64,000 bases of DNA from Mobula birostris (lineage: Eukaryota). Positions 26,582 through 39,094 of this stretch are shown here, in pieces; the first letter of the stretch is position 1; every line of letters begins with the position of its first letter. The stretch is taken from positions 132,244,230-132,308,229 of the forward strand of contig NC_092376.1 in NCBI RefSeq assembly GCF_030028105.1, given 5' to 3'. A program made the position numbers and the translations under genes. Below the pieces are notes generated by a model. The model had not been told where the DNA came from and ran no database searches. It saw nothing but the letters and a program-made list of their open reading frames with translations.

Positions 26582-26809
26582 GAAGAAGAAGAAGAAGAAG
26601 AAGAAGAAAGCCCTTAACTACAAGTGGAATCATCGGGACGCTGTCATGACGGCGTTTTTTTAGCAGGCTTTCTTATTTTTACAAGGCCGAGTTGCTAGCT
26701 CGACACTCAACCCAGCATGGATGGAAAGCGTGCAAGGGAGCCGGCTGGATTCAGACTCGGGAGCCTTCGCTCCGAAGTCCGGCGCTGATGCCAGGACGCC
26801 ACCAACCGG
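26582..26809 (-). mobile_element. Young tRNA-derived SINE with (CTT)n tail, inserted in an old Penelope foldback
   Basis: Head CCGGTTGGTGGCG...GGACTTCGGAG...GAGTCTGAATCCAGCCGG, CpG-rich, (GAA)9 on the plus strand, AGTA on both flanks. Confidence 0.85.
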
Positions 26810-27048
26810 AGTACTTCAGAGATTTTCTGTTTTTTTATTACAACTAAGACTGTTTCTAGTGTTATAACATGTCAGGAATCCAGCCTGCTTGTTTCAATAG
26901 ATGAATCTTTGTTTGTCTTTTGTTTTAACAATGGGAAATGTCTATTTAATTTCAAGACAGTCCTATTGGTATGTCATTCTTTTTATACTTAGAGAAAAAA
27001 CTGGATCATGTAAGAAGATATTAAGTAAGTCATTTGTTTTTTAATTCT

Positions 27049-27524
27049 CTCGCTCTCTCTGGCTATCCATCCCATAGGATGATGATGGTTCATTTCAGTC
27101 AGTTAGCTGGGTGGTACCCCACACCTCAGAAAGGAACAGCGTGTGCGTGAGTGGATTTTAGGTGAGTAGGGGTTGCACAGGTCTAGTCCCACCCTCTCGA
27201 CATCCCCTGCCGGATCCAGCGGCATGGTGGGGTCCAAGACGGCTGGGGGAAGTTCTGTTGTAGTGAATGGCCAGACCAAGCTTCGATGAAAGGGATGCCC
27301 TTCCCGCGCTTCACAGCACGTGTTTGCTAGATGGCCGTTGACCCTACGAGAGGGTTCATCCGCTCCTTGACAGATCTTGTTTTTTGTCCTGCAGGGTATC
27401 TAGCCACCTTCCTCACTAGGCAAGCCTGGTGGGGGAGCTGGTTTAGTCGCCGACCACCCGACCATGCGACAGGTAGTACTGGGTTACATGGTACCAGCAG
27501 CACTCAGACGAGTGACCTGACCTG
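27049..27524 (-). mobile_element. Short non-coding RTE-type retroposon (family 2) with structured 5' head and (GA)n tail
   Basis: TSD AATTCT (27043-27048 / 27525-27530), GC/CpG-rich, no pol III boxes, microsatellite tail. RTE affinity is inferred from architecture. Confidence 0.7.
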
Positions 27525-28347
27525 AATTCTAGTGATTTATTTTGAGTACTAAAAATCTTGGTGATTCAGAACAAATAATACTTTAGCATTGTGGCTCAAT
27601 CATGGAATGTTATTCTTTTCAAATATAATAAATTAATTCAATAACTTGTAAATTGATCTCTCACCTCCTTTCTTTCTCTTTCTCTGCCCTTACTTTGTCT
27701 TTACTTCCCTTCAACCCTTATTCCTTCTTCAGTTATATTGTTTTTTCTTTACCTCAACTACTCAAATTGGATTACAGTGATGATCATTTCCTACAGAAAC
27801 TGCATCCAGCTGAGAAACTGCTCAGGCAGTACTGTGCACAATTTATTTGTGCATGGCTGATGTTTTTCTGGCATCCCTCATACACCCAACAATATCACAG
27901 ATCATACACTGAACATTTCTCCATTGCTGACATAAATTGGAGCTTTAACATGCGACCTATGAGCTTCAGTGATTGCTCAAAAAAATCTGGGAGCCTATCA
28001 TGCAGGAACTGGAAATCACATCTCATTTCTTTTTGAAGTCTCTATTATGAAATCAATGGGGAAACAGCATCAGTATCTTCAGTCTTCAGTGCTTGGGATT
28101 ACGGAAAATCATTTAAAGTGCTCCCTGCACTATTAGAAACCTTTTCGTTCAAACCATACCTGAGATGCATACTGGGCCCCTGATCAATTAACACTCTCCA
28201 TTACTATATTGATCCAGGTAAAACATCGAGTTTACCAAATGCCCAGGAGGTCAAAGTGCATCCCCTCTTCTGATCTCCCTTATCAGCATGTTGTCCTTCA
28301 TTGCAGTAGCTCTATGACTGCATGTAGAGAGAACTTAACTCTCGTTC

Positions 28348-29830
28348 ATAGAACATTGAACATATTATAGCATAGGAAGAGGCTTTTTGATATGTGTGCC
28401 AACCATGACACCAATTTAAACTACACACTTGCCTTTATATTATCTCTAACCATCCATTTCTTGGCTGTTCATTTGCCTGCCTAAATGTCTCTTAATCATT
28501 ATTATCACCTCCTCTGGCAGAATGTTCCAGGCAACAAACACTGTAAAAACAAAAACTTACTACATAAACAAGAGAAAATCTGCAGATGCTGGAAATCCAA
28601 GCAACACACACAAAATGCTGGTGGAACTCAGCAGACCAGGCAGCCTCTCGGAAAAGAGTACAGTCAACGTTTCGGGCCAAAACCCTTCAGTAGCACCAGA
28701 ACTTACCACATAACTCTATTTTAAGCTTTTCCCCATCTTAAATTAAAGCTATGTCCTCTAGCATTTGGCATGTTCATCTTGGGAGAAAAAGGCTTTGACT
28801 ATCCTGATATGAAAATGTTATTCTGCTGTCACCACGACCCTATTAATCATTCTCATGACCTCCCTCAAAAAAAGTCAATCAAATTTGTAAGACATGATTT
28901 CTCCTTACAAAAAACCATGCTGATTATCCCTAATAAGCCTACAATTTTCAAGATGTGAAAATGTTCTGATGAAAAGTTATGGTCCAAAACATTGACTTAG
29001 TTCCCTTCATATATGCAGTCTGACTTATTGAGTTCTGTCAGCATTTTATGTGTGTTAGCTATCTACCCTATCTGTACATCTTATAATTTTATATACTTAT
29101 ATCAAATCACCCCACAGCCTCTAATGTTCCAGAGGAAACAACCCAAGTTTGTCCAAAATCCCCTTATAGCTAATACTCTCTAATCCAGGCAAGATCCTGG
29201 TCAATCTCTTCTGAACACTCTCCAGATCTTCCACATCCTTCCACAAATGCACACAATGCTCTAAGTATGGCCTAAACAAATTTTTATACAGCCGGAGCAT
29301 GACTTCTTGACTTTTATACTGAATGCCCTCTGCAGTATACAGTATTGATGCTCCTGAGAGTCCTGCTACTTAACGTACACTTTCCTCTTCTATATGACCT
29401 CCCAAGGTGCAACATCTCACTCTTGTCCCAGCTAACCTCCTGTTATTTCTGCCATATTTCCATCTCGTCTACATCCATCTATGTCCTTTGACAAATGTTT
29501 TTAATAGCCACAACTCCACAATGTTTTACCATAACACAAACTGATCTACTGTCATTCATCATTCTTGTAACTTCACTCAAAAAATTCAATCAAATTTGTA
29601 AAAGATGACTACTTCCCAAACAAGGCTATGCTGTCTATCTTTTTAATCTCTTATAAGTCTATGCTTTTCCAAATGAGATTTGATCCTTTCCTTAAGAATC
29701 TTTTCCAGTAATTTCCCTACTATTGATGACTCATTGTCTTGTGATTTCCTAGTTTGTCCATATTGCCCTTCTTAAACAGAAGAACAGCATACTCTTTGAT
29801 CCAGTCATCTTGACACCTTGTCTGTGGCTA
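28348..29830 (-). mobile_element. Degenerate CR1 3' region with two nested Penelope termini
   Basis: CR1 tail CATAGAACAT... and RT remnants homologous to 340-500. Inserts at 28568-28699 and ~28805-29057. Confidence 0.75.
28568..28699 (-). mobile_element. Short Penelope-terminus insertion with 14-bp TSD
   Basis: Flanked by AACTTACTACATAA (28554-28567) and AACTTACCACATAA (28700-28713). Confidence 0.82.
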
Positions 29831-31270
29831 GATAGGTCTCATTTCCAGTGCTATAGTGCAACAATCATGCAATGGTTAGAGGCATTCATCCAGCTCCTAA
29901 TGGGGTCTGCCCAGAATCAAATGTAACATGTCATAGTGCCAAGGAGCAAAATGGATGAGAGCTCTCAGGGCAGCAAGTTTAGCTCATCAAGCAGATGAAA
30001 CCCAATTTCAAGGCACCATTGTTAAATCCTTGCTCAACATAATTAATCATGCATTTATAAACTGAAATGGTCAAAGGTTACAAAGTAGTTATACAAATTT
30101 TGTTGATGGTACTCATTGCAGCCTGTCTGCACTATTAGTTAGGGAATGGTAAAGGTGGAGGATAAGCACACAATCATGTAAGTAGCTTTGCCCTGGAAGG
30201 ACCTAAGATTGCTGTTGAGAGGGTATTCATCCAGGAAAACAAGGAGTATCTGTGCACTACTGACTTTTCTTGCACAGGTGATGGAGAGGCTTGGGTGAGG
30301 CAGAAATTGAATCAATTGCTGCGTGATTAAATAAGTTATGATTTGGTCACTGACAAGAATCTATGCAATGATGTGAAGGATAAAATTCCTTCAGCTTGGC
30401 AGTAGCTATGTGGTGTGCACATAGTTACTGTCAAAACACTCTTCACACCCACACAAAGCACAATTCAGCCCATGAATGTTAATAGCTTGTGCTGCAGCAA
30501 TGAGATTTGGAGGTTATTTTTCTGCAGCTGCTGCCATTTCATTTTTAATTTAAAAACCTTTCTGCAGGCTGTCTTAAGGTGACCTTTGGCATGGAAGTAA
30601 ATAGACATAATGCAGGCATTCATATTTAGTTATAACAAAGGACGTTTAACAATTTGTAATAGGCTAATCTTTTCTGCAGGCTGTTTTTCTTTTCATACTG
30701 CAGCATTGACTGCTTAATGGCTTCAGAAAGCGATAATGAACATTACTGCAGTACCAACCGCCACTGTATACAATAACAACATATATTTTTTTGGTAAGAG
30801 CACAGTAATGGAAGCTAATAAATATATTTCAGTCAATGATAAGTAAGTAGTTCAATTCAGCAACTTTAAAAAAAGATCGCTCACATTTTCACAAGTAATT
30901 CAACCACTTAGATGAATGTTTTTCACAATTTTTTAAGGGTTCAGGAAGCTGATTTTAATTTCTGACTTAAAGTACACCTGAAGGTACTCAAGATTTCATT
31001 CCTAAGTTCAAAGTTTAAACACCTGTCCGCTAACTTGCTATCATCTCACTAGCAGGTGGTTATTCAGCATGTAACTATGCTCAGTTATAAGTTCTTTGCC
31101 TATGTTATCAAGATCATGGATGGACTGAATCAAGCAAAGTCTTTTAACTTCAGAACAACCTAGCCAGCATTTCCCTTCCATCCATTGTAGTACAAGTCAT
31201 TTCAGGCCAATTCCAAGGGTCTTCATCCTGAATTATTTTGTTTACCTTTCCTTGACCAGTTGAGTTTTCC

Positions 31271-32360
31271 CAGGCCAGGCAGCGTCTACGGAAAAGAGTA
31301 AACAGTTGATGTTTCAAGCTGAGACCCTTCATCAGGACTGGGGAAAAAAGAAAGATTAAAAGTTACAGCAAGAATGTTGGGGGGGGGGGTAGGGGAGGAG
31401 GCAGTACCAGGTGATTGGTGAAACCAGGAGAGAGGGAGGGGATGAAGCAAAGAGCTGGAAAGTTGGTTGGTAGAAGAGATAAAGGGCTGGAGGACAAGGA
31501 ATCTGATAGAAGAGGATAGAGGACAATGGATGAAAGGGAAGAAGGAAGAACACCAGAGGGATGTGATGGGCAGGTAAGAATATAAAGTGAGAGAGAGTAA
31601 CAGGAATGGGGAATGATGAAGGGGGGGAGGGTGCAATTACCAGGAGTTCAAGAAATCAATTTTAATGCCATCAGGTTGGAGGCTACCCAGACGGAATATA
31701 AGGTATTGCTTCTCCAACCTGAGTGTGGCCTCATCGTGGTAGTAGAGGATGCCATGGACTGACATGTTGGAATGGGAATGGGAAGTGGAATTAAAATGGG
31801 TACTGGCTACTGGGAGATACCGCTTTTTTTGGTGGATGGAGCATAGGTGCTTGGTGATCCGATCTCCCAATCTAATTCCGGTCTCACTGATGTACAGAAG
31901 GCCACACTGGGAGCACCAGATACAGTAGATGACCCCAACATACTCACAGGTGAGTTGTCACTTCACCTGTAAGGACAGTTTTGGGCCCTGACTGGTAGTA
32001 AAGAGAAGGTGTAGGAGCAGATGTGGCACTTGTTCCACATTCAAGGGTAAGAACTAGGAGGGAGATCAGTGGGGAGGGATGAGTGGACAAGGGAGTTGCA
32101 TAAGGAGTGATCCCTGCAGAAAGTTCAGGGGGAGGAAAAGATCTGCTTGCTGGTAGGATCTGTTGGAAAAGGTGGAAGTTACAGAGAATTATATGCTGGA
32201 TGCGAAGGCTAGAGGGATGGTAGGTGAGGACAAGGGGAACCCCATCCCTGGTGTGATGGCATGAGGGTGGGATGAGGGCGGACATGTGCAAAGTGGAAGT
32301 GATGTGAGTGAGGGCAGCGTTGATGGTAGAGGAAGAGAAGCCCCCTTTGTTTTAGAAGAA
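31271..32360 (-). mobile_element. Penelope-like retroelement 3' part with GIY-YIG endonuclease pseudogene
   Basis: VPLVLTYHP (RT C-terminal region), VIYCIWCSQCGLLYISET (GIY-YIG) and HFNSTSHSHS...LIFRLGSLQPDG, followed by the terminal repeat. Confidence 0.9.
31303..31340 (-). ncRNA. Minimal type-I hammerhead ribozyme motif (best-preserved core in the window; stems partly decayed)
   Basis: Minus strand reads CAGTC-CTGATGA-AGGGTCTCAGCTT-GAAAC-ATC-AACTG. Confidence 0.65.
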
Positions 32361-32819
32361 GAACTTTGTCTGCTACATTTTGTACCTTTACAATCTCTTA
32401 TTAAAAATATTCCATTTATGTTATTGCTTGAAACTCTGCTTCCTTCCACTTATTAGTTGCCACTTAATTATCTTTTCATAATAGCTCCTAATCTATTTTG
32501 GTATTCCTGGTCTGACACTGAATGATTGCCATTAAATTTTAAACTATATTGCTTTTCAACCAATGTTCCCAAGTGGGGCTCAGCTATATTGGAGAGGGAA
32601 GAAAGAGTCCAATTGATTAATAAAAAATTGAAAACTCAGGAAGCAATCTTCAAGTTGGCAAGCGTCTGTGGAAAGAGGAAGAATGTTAATACTTCAGGTC
32701 TGAAACCTACCAGAGCTTGTTGTTTTGGTCCATTTTATGGGCAACATCATAGGAAAGAATAAGCAAGAGGTTCTGATCAGAGATTACCAGGGATCAGGAT
32801 CTGATGTTAATACTCCATG

Positions 32820-33630
32820 TAATACTGCTGCCTCGTAGAGAAGACCAAAGACTCAGGGTCATGAACGATTCCATTTCGAAGCGTTGAGGAAGATTGAAGC
32901 GTCACAGCGAATGCGGAGAAGGTTATCAGTCATTCTCCACAGATGTAGTGGGGTGGACGGTGGCTGGGTCACTGGCATTCAGACCCAGCATGGCGGTCAC
33001 TCTTTACGGAAGGACTGAGTTTGTGCGACCACTCTCCTCGATGTGGACGGGATGATGTTTTCAAAATTCTTAGATTTATGTGACCGTTGGATTATAGTTT
33101 ATATAGATCTCCTTCACTTTTCGGTATTTTCTTTCTTGTTTCCGATTGGCGGGTAGGGATATGTTACTTTTTATGTGAGGGAGGCATTGGGGATTTGGGG
33201 TCTGATGTTCTTCTTGGTGTTTTTCTGTGTGGCCAATCTGTTAGTTTGTGTGTGAGATGTGAGAAAGGGGATTGGGATTTGATGCTATTGTCATTATTCT
33301 TTTCTGCAAGGGAGGGAGTGTGGCAGGTTTGATATTATTGTCGCTGTTTTTTGGTGAAGGAGGAGGTTGAGGGTTTGGGGTTTGGCATTCCCAGCTACCA
33401 TTTTCTGTGTGGGTGATCTGTTAGTTTTTGTGCAAGGGAGGGGGTGGGGGTTTGAGGTTTGTGAGTTTTGTTTCTTTTTCTTTTTCCTGTGTTGGGGGTG
33501 TTTGATGTCTGTTCTTTCATCAAATTCCATGTTTTTTCAATATTTCATGGCTATCTGGAGAAGACGAATATCAGAGTTGTATTGTACATCCACACTTTGA
33601 CAATATAATGACCCATTGAGGCTTTGAACT
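32820..33630 (+). mobile_element. Non-coding retroposon with Rex1-like 3' tail
   Basis: GT-rich body ending GAAGACGAATATCAGAGTTGTATTGTACAT...CTTTGACAAT...CTTTGAACT, similar to the tail at 9910-9975. Confidence 0.55.
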
Positions 33631-34752
33631 TTTAATATTACAGAGGTGTAGTTTTGAAGGAACAATAGAACTGGGATAGAAATAAACTATTTCATTGGAA
33701 AACATTTCACTGACATAGACATTTACCAGGATCATACCCGAAAAAAAGTGATAAAGAAAGAGGGAAGTGAATCTTAGTGGAAAACTTAGAATACATTATT
33801 TTAAAACAGATGTTGAGAACGAGAGTTAGAATAATCAGAAATCTTGCTCTTCAGACTAAGGGGAATCTAGAATGCCTTATGTAATTGAAAGTGAGAAATT
33901 ATGACAGTTGATCGTGTCGCTACGCATTGCTGAAGTGTTGTTTATACAAAAGCATGGGGGATAAGGAAAAAATTCTGTCTGAGTGAAACTTGGTAATGAT
34001 TACTGAATTATAATTTGGAAGTCAATTGGACTGAATCATAAAATCAATAAGCAGGATTGCACTCTGTTATTTCTCCCATTTAGCAATGAATTTTAAAATG
34101 AAACTACTAAATGATAATGATTGTATAATAAAAGATAAGTGATCAGTGGAGAATTTATGGGTTAGAAATTTGTCCCTGGTAAGGTCAATGGCAATTCAGA
34201 AGAATTCCAATATGCACTTGTTTCTACATTGAATATTAAACTCAAGTGACAGGGGACATAGTTCAAAGGATAGAATCATTCAGTCAGAAAGAAGGTAAGA
34301 CTATAATGTAGTTGCAATTCCTGTAGTGGAGGTGTAATTCCTACAGTAGAGGCTGTGTATAATCTTAGTGTTCAGACAAGCATTCAGTAAATTCAGAATT
34401 GTTTAGTAAGAGCCTTTTACTAGTACGTAGATTGAAAAATATAATTCATCATTGGCTTCCTGCTATTCTTGCACTGCTTGGCAAGGTTGCAGTCCTGAGT
34501 GTCTGCATTGAAAATGGAACAAGGGTAAGGTTGTATTACTGGAGGAGGCAAGTGTGGAGTGATGGGTACATCAGCCCAGTTGCAAATGAGAAGAATGTGT
34601 GGGCTGAGGAGAAGGTGGGATGTGAGCAAATGCATTAGGTATGAGCATCATCCATATCAGATTTGAACCCACACTCTCGTTACAACACTGCTAGTAAAAT
34701 GACAAAACTGGAAAAGTTGACAAAATACTTCTCCTGAAAGCTATAAAAAGCA

Positions 34753-35342
34753 GGTAGGCCCTCCATTAGTTGGGTCAACCGTGGATGTTGTGTGATATCT
34801 GGCTACTTGCAATTTATATGCAAGCCAGGCCACTATGATATGGAGAGTAAGCTATTGCCAATGCAGCAATCTCCCCCTCTCCACACAGCTGGTGAATGGC
34901 AGAAATCGATTCATTTTGGCACCAATGGCATTGTAGGAGTTGCCATTCAGTGTTAAACTCAATGTTAGGGACTCCTTCTTTGGATTTGAGCTTACTCCCA
35001 AAGCCTTGTCCACGTGAGTGGGTATAACCCTAGAGGAGAGAGGTTTCAGATCAGAGTTTTCCTTCTCCTAGATGAACTGCCAACTGTGGTGAACTAGCCA
35101 CATCTGCCCGGAATGACTGGTTTTAAGATGCCAGTAACCTGTCTTTGCACTTTTTCCTGTCAGTAGAAACAGTTCCATTGGACTTAGTAGCTGAGCCACA
35201 CGTGAAGACCAGGAACTGGACTTGGGTATCAGAGGCTATTTGAAATACAACTATTGTGAGCATTTAATTGGTAGTGAAAGCTCATTCTCACTACTCACCA
35301 CCGACCTCCCCCTCCCCAAGCCTAAGATAATCTTAAGAAACC
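34753..35342 (-). mobile_element. Short non-coding RTE-type retroposon (family 1, copy A) with HDV-like head
   Basis: Homologous to 51037-51601. TSD ATAAAAAGCA / ATGAAAAGCA (34743-34752 / 35343-35352). Confidence 0.75.
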
Positions 35343-35904
35343 ATGAAAAGCAACTATGTCTTAAAACTCATGATAGATTTGAAATCTGCAGGCACGCCTT
35401 CTCAAATCATACTTACTTACCACATCTTCAATATTAGCACTGTGTCAGAGTGTTTAATCAAATCAATTATATATACTCCTCAGAATATCCTATACATTCT
35501 TTATTTATGAAACATTATTTGAATATCCTGTGACTAGATTTTAATATGATGTATTTACTCTTGACTCTTTCAATTTACCACTTTATTTTTAATCTGGAAC
35601 TCCATTCTGCACCTAGATCCCATTTTTTGAACAACCATGGATAATGTTGTTGGAGGTTAGGTCATCCAAAAAAGAAGTCATCCATCCACAAGCGAATGCC
35701 ATTACAGTTCCTTGCCACAAGATGCTACCTCTGAATATTGATATAAATGATTTTGTGAGGAAATTTTGGTTATTCCAAAAGCATAACTAATGCATCTCAT
35801 ACACTGCAAAATTAGTTTTGACAGTATACCTATCATCACACATAATCTTGTTAGGAGAATGGATAATCAGTGAGGTCTTGTGATATACAGTATCATGGAC
35901 GGGA

Positions 35905-36790
35905 TAAACAAGAGAAAATCAGTAGATGCTGGGCAGCAATAATGGAAAAGAGTAAACAGTCAATGTTTCAGGCCGATACCCTGCATCAGGACTGGATAAA
36001 AAGGATGAGAAGTCGGATAAAGAAGGTGGAGGGGACAGGAGGAAGAAATAGGAGGTAATAGGTGATGGGGAAATCAGGAGGAGGGAGGAGTGAAGTAAAG
36101 AGCTGGGAAGTCGATTGGTAAAAACGATTAAGGGCTGGAGAAGGGACAATCTGATAGAACAGGACAGAAGGCCATGGATAAAAGGGAAGGAGGAGGAGGA
36201 GCACCAGAGGGAGGTGATGGGTAGGTACTGAGATAAGGTGAGAGAGGGAAGTGGGAATGGGGAACGGTGAAGGGAGTGGGGGCATTACTGGAAGTTTGAG
36301 AAATCGATGTTCATGCCATCAGGCTGGAGGCCACCCAGACAGAAAATATGGTGTTGCTCCTCCAACCTGAGTGTGGTCTCATGGCGACAGTAGAGGAGGA
36401 CATGGACTGACATGTCAGAATGGGAATGGGAAGTAGAATTAAAATGGGTGGCCACTAGGAGATCCCATTTTTCCTGGTGGATGGAACGTAGATGCTCAGT
36501 GAAGCGGTCTCCTAATCTATACCAGGTCTCACTGATATTCAGGAGGCCACACCGGGAGCCCCGGATACAGTAGATGAGCACAACAGACTCACAGGTGAAG
36601 TGTCGCCTCACCTGGTAGGATTGTCTGGGGCCCTGAATGGTAGTGAGGGAGGAGGTGTAGCATTTGTTCCGCTTGCAAGGATAAGTGCCAGGAGGATCAG
36701 TGGGGAGAGATGAATGGACAAGGGAGTCAAGTAAGAAGCAATCCCTGTGGAAAGTGGGAGGGAGAGAAAGATGTACTTAGTGGTAGGATC
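35905..36790 (-). mobile_element. Penelope-like retroelement 3' part with GIY-YIG endonuclease pseudogene
   Basis: ORF 36285..36611 encodes HFTCESVVLIYCIRGSRCGLLNISET...RLGDRFTEH...HFNSTSHSHSD...GLQPDGMN. Hammerhead variant at 35957-35994. Confidence 0.92.
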
Positions 36791-39094
36791 AGTATGTATG
36801 CTGAATAAATGCAGTTCAATGTACTTCAAGACACCTTTCTGGTGATATGCTAAGCAGACTGGAATTCTGTAAGTGAAATTGAATAATATTTATCCCACAA
36901 TGTAATAAACACAAAGTGCTGGTAACAAGGAGGAGTAAAAGAGTTAAAATTTCAATTATGTGACCTTTATTTCAGATTTTCAGAACCTACAGTATTTCAC
37001 TTTTGAAATATAAGGCACATCATAAATTATGAGGTCAATTCTTCAGAAAATTGGAAAAAGAATGACCTTTCAAGTTCTTTGCTTCAGACATAGGTGTGTA
37101 GGGAATAGCACACAGCATATATCTATTCATATGAAATTAGTTCAGCAAACTCTGCTCCTGCAATTTTTGCACTTCTGCATTTTTTTTATATTTACAGGAA
37201 TGGCAGGAGATGGAGGGAAATGGGATTTGGATGATTCCCTTTGAAGCAAGCAGCATCTTCTGGTCAGGAGATGCTTTTTGCTTATAAATCGCATGATATT
37301 CCAACAAGGGGAATTGCTGCAGAATCCAGAGGGAATTTTCTGATATTGCATTACTATCCTCTAGTACAAGTTTTTAATAGGAAGAAGGTGATCTTATTCT
37401 CCAGATGGTGAACAGATTTTTGAAGCAAAGATCCCCCAAAAAGTTGCTGCATTAAGAGATATTGGGTGAATTAATTGACTCAAAGTCACTAGGGTGCGGT
37501 TTTAACTCTGCTGAAACATTTGTCCTCCACTTTCATTTCAGTCAAATTGTACATAGGTCGTGTTGGGGTTAGTGGCAAAGTAATGTGTGCTATAACAAAA
37601 TGCAGGCTTTAAACCTGCACACATGGTTACCAATATGAAAATGACAGAATTTAACTAAATGGATAAGCAAAACACACTTGTAAATTTAAAATTCAAACTG
37701 ACCTACAGCTGTGAGAGTTGAGTCAATATTGTCCGTTTTATCTTTAATTAAATATTCCTTATAATTAATATGTATCACAGGATTCTGCATTATTGTGCAT
37801 ATAAAAACAACCCAAAGTAATGACTCTTCCAAAAAAAATGCCAATATCATTGAAGGAGTCAGGAGTGCAGAATAAAAACATGTACTGCAGTAGGAGTGAC
37901 TATAAAGCCATCAGATATCTGACATAAAACTGCTAACAGACTTTACACAACAGTTGTCTCCAAATACAGAATGATATAGCTCTGCAGAGTACAGCAAAAT
38001 AGGAAAGCCTGAGGTCTACAGTTTCTGATTGAGTCTCTGATAGCTTTTAATACAACCTATTTACCAAAGCAACAGAAGTGGCAGAGAATCCAAAATGAAA
38101 TCCAATTGGTCTAAGCGGCCTGAAGCTCATTTTTGCCATGTAACAAGTAATCTTTACCAGGAAATGGGCACTGTCACTGATGCAGTCGATCGCTTGTGCT
38201 AATATTGTACTTTCAGCTCATTTCCATTACTGAAATCTCTTAAAATTTAACCTTTTAAACTTGCTGAAGGCAAGTTTCACCAAAAGCTGTTCACTGCTAT
38301 ATCTTTGATGAAGTACAGGATTACAATTACCTAAAGCTAAGACGATATCTTGCTAGTCCCTTAAATTATCCAGTACGACTCAAAAACTATTCTAGTTTGA
38401 ACATCTACCAAGTTTTAGTGCCTACGACTTAAAGTTTTTTTTAACCTTAGTCTATCATTATTTACCTTGAAATTACTTGTAAAATCTTTGCCAGACTCTT
38501 GTAAAATATTCTATTTTAGTCAGATGTTTTCTGTGCCAGAAGGCCTCAGATTTTCTAGCTATTTCCCATGGTTTGACCTGTCAGAGTGCTTCATCTGAGC
38601 TTGAATATGTCCTCTGTGCCTTAGTCATCACCAGCTACACAGGTGCTGGTCAATTAGAATGACATACAGTATATTTTTAGTAATACCACAGCCTCACAAG
38701 TCAAGCCACCGGGTATTAATTTTCCACCGTGTTATTTTAAATACTGATCCTATTGAATCCAAAGTTGTGTCCCAAGCCAACAACACACTTATTCAGGTGC
38801 CATTTCTTCAGCACATGGAGTGGACTTAAAGATTTCCTGCTGACAGAAATGTTATGGTTTCTTTTTAGTAGCAATACTTGATCCACCTCCCTGCTCCCAC
38901 TTTAATGATCTTGTGCAGACCTAACAATGGGTGGTCAGCGATCTATACTGACTATGACATTTGATTTTTAAAATGAAATGTATTTTAAAAGAAACTAAAT
39001 CCCTAAGTTTTACATATTAAGGGATATGAGTATAGTGCAAGGAAGTAGCACTGGTGCTTAAGAAAAGAGCAATATTCTTACTGATTTTATTTCA

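Noticed and set aside
27495-27515. Pistol-ribozyme-like start (ACTCGTCTGAGTG) on the minus strand
   Set aside because: The closing P1 strand and the conserved downstream AAA-containing junction are absent.
27653-28036. 127-aa plus-strand ORF
   Set aside because: It has a low-complexity pyrimidine-rich start, no ATG start, no recognisable domain and no convincing donor site.
37198-37287. Strong plus-strand splice acceptor (TTTTTTTTATATTTACAG)
   Set aside because: All three frames stop within 30 codons and there is no good donor. It cannot be supported as coding, though a terminal or non-coding exon is not excluded.
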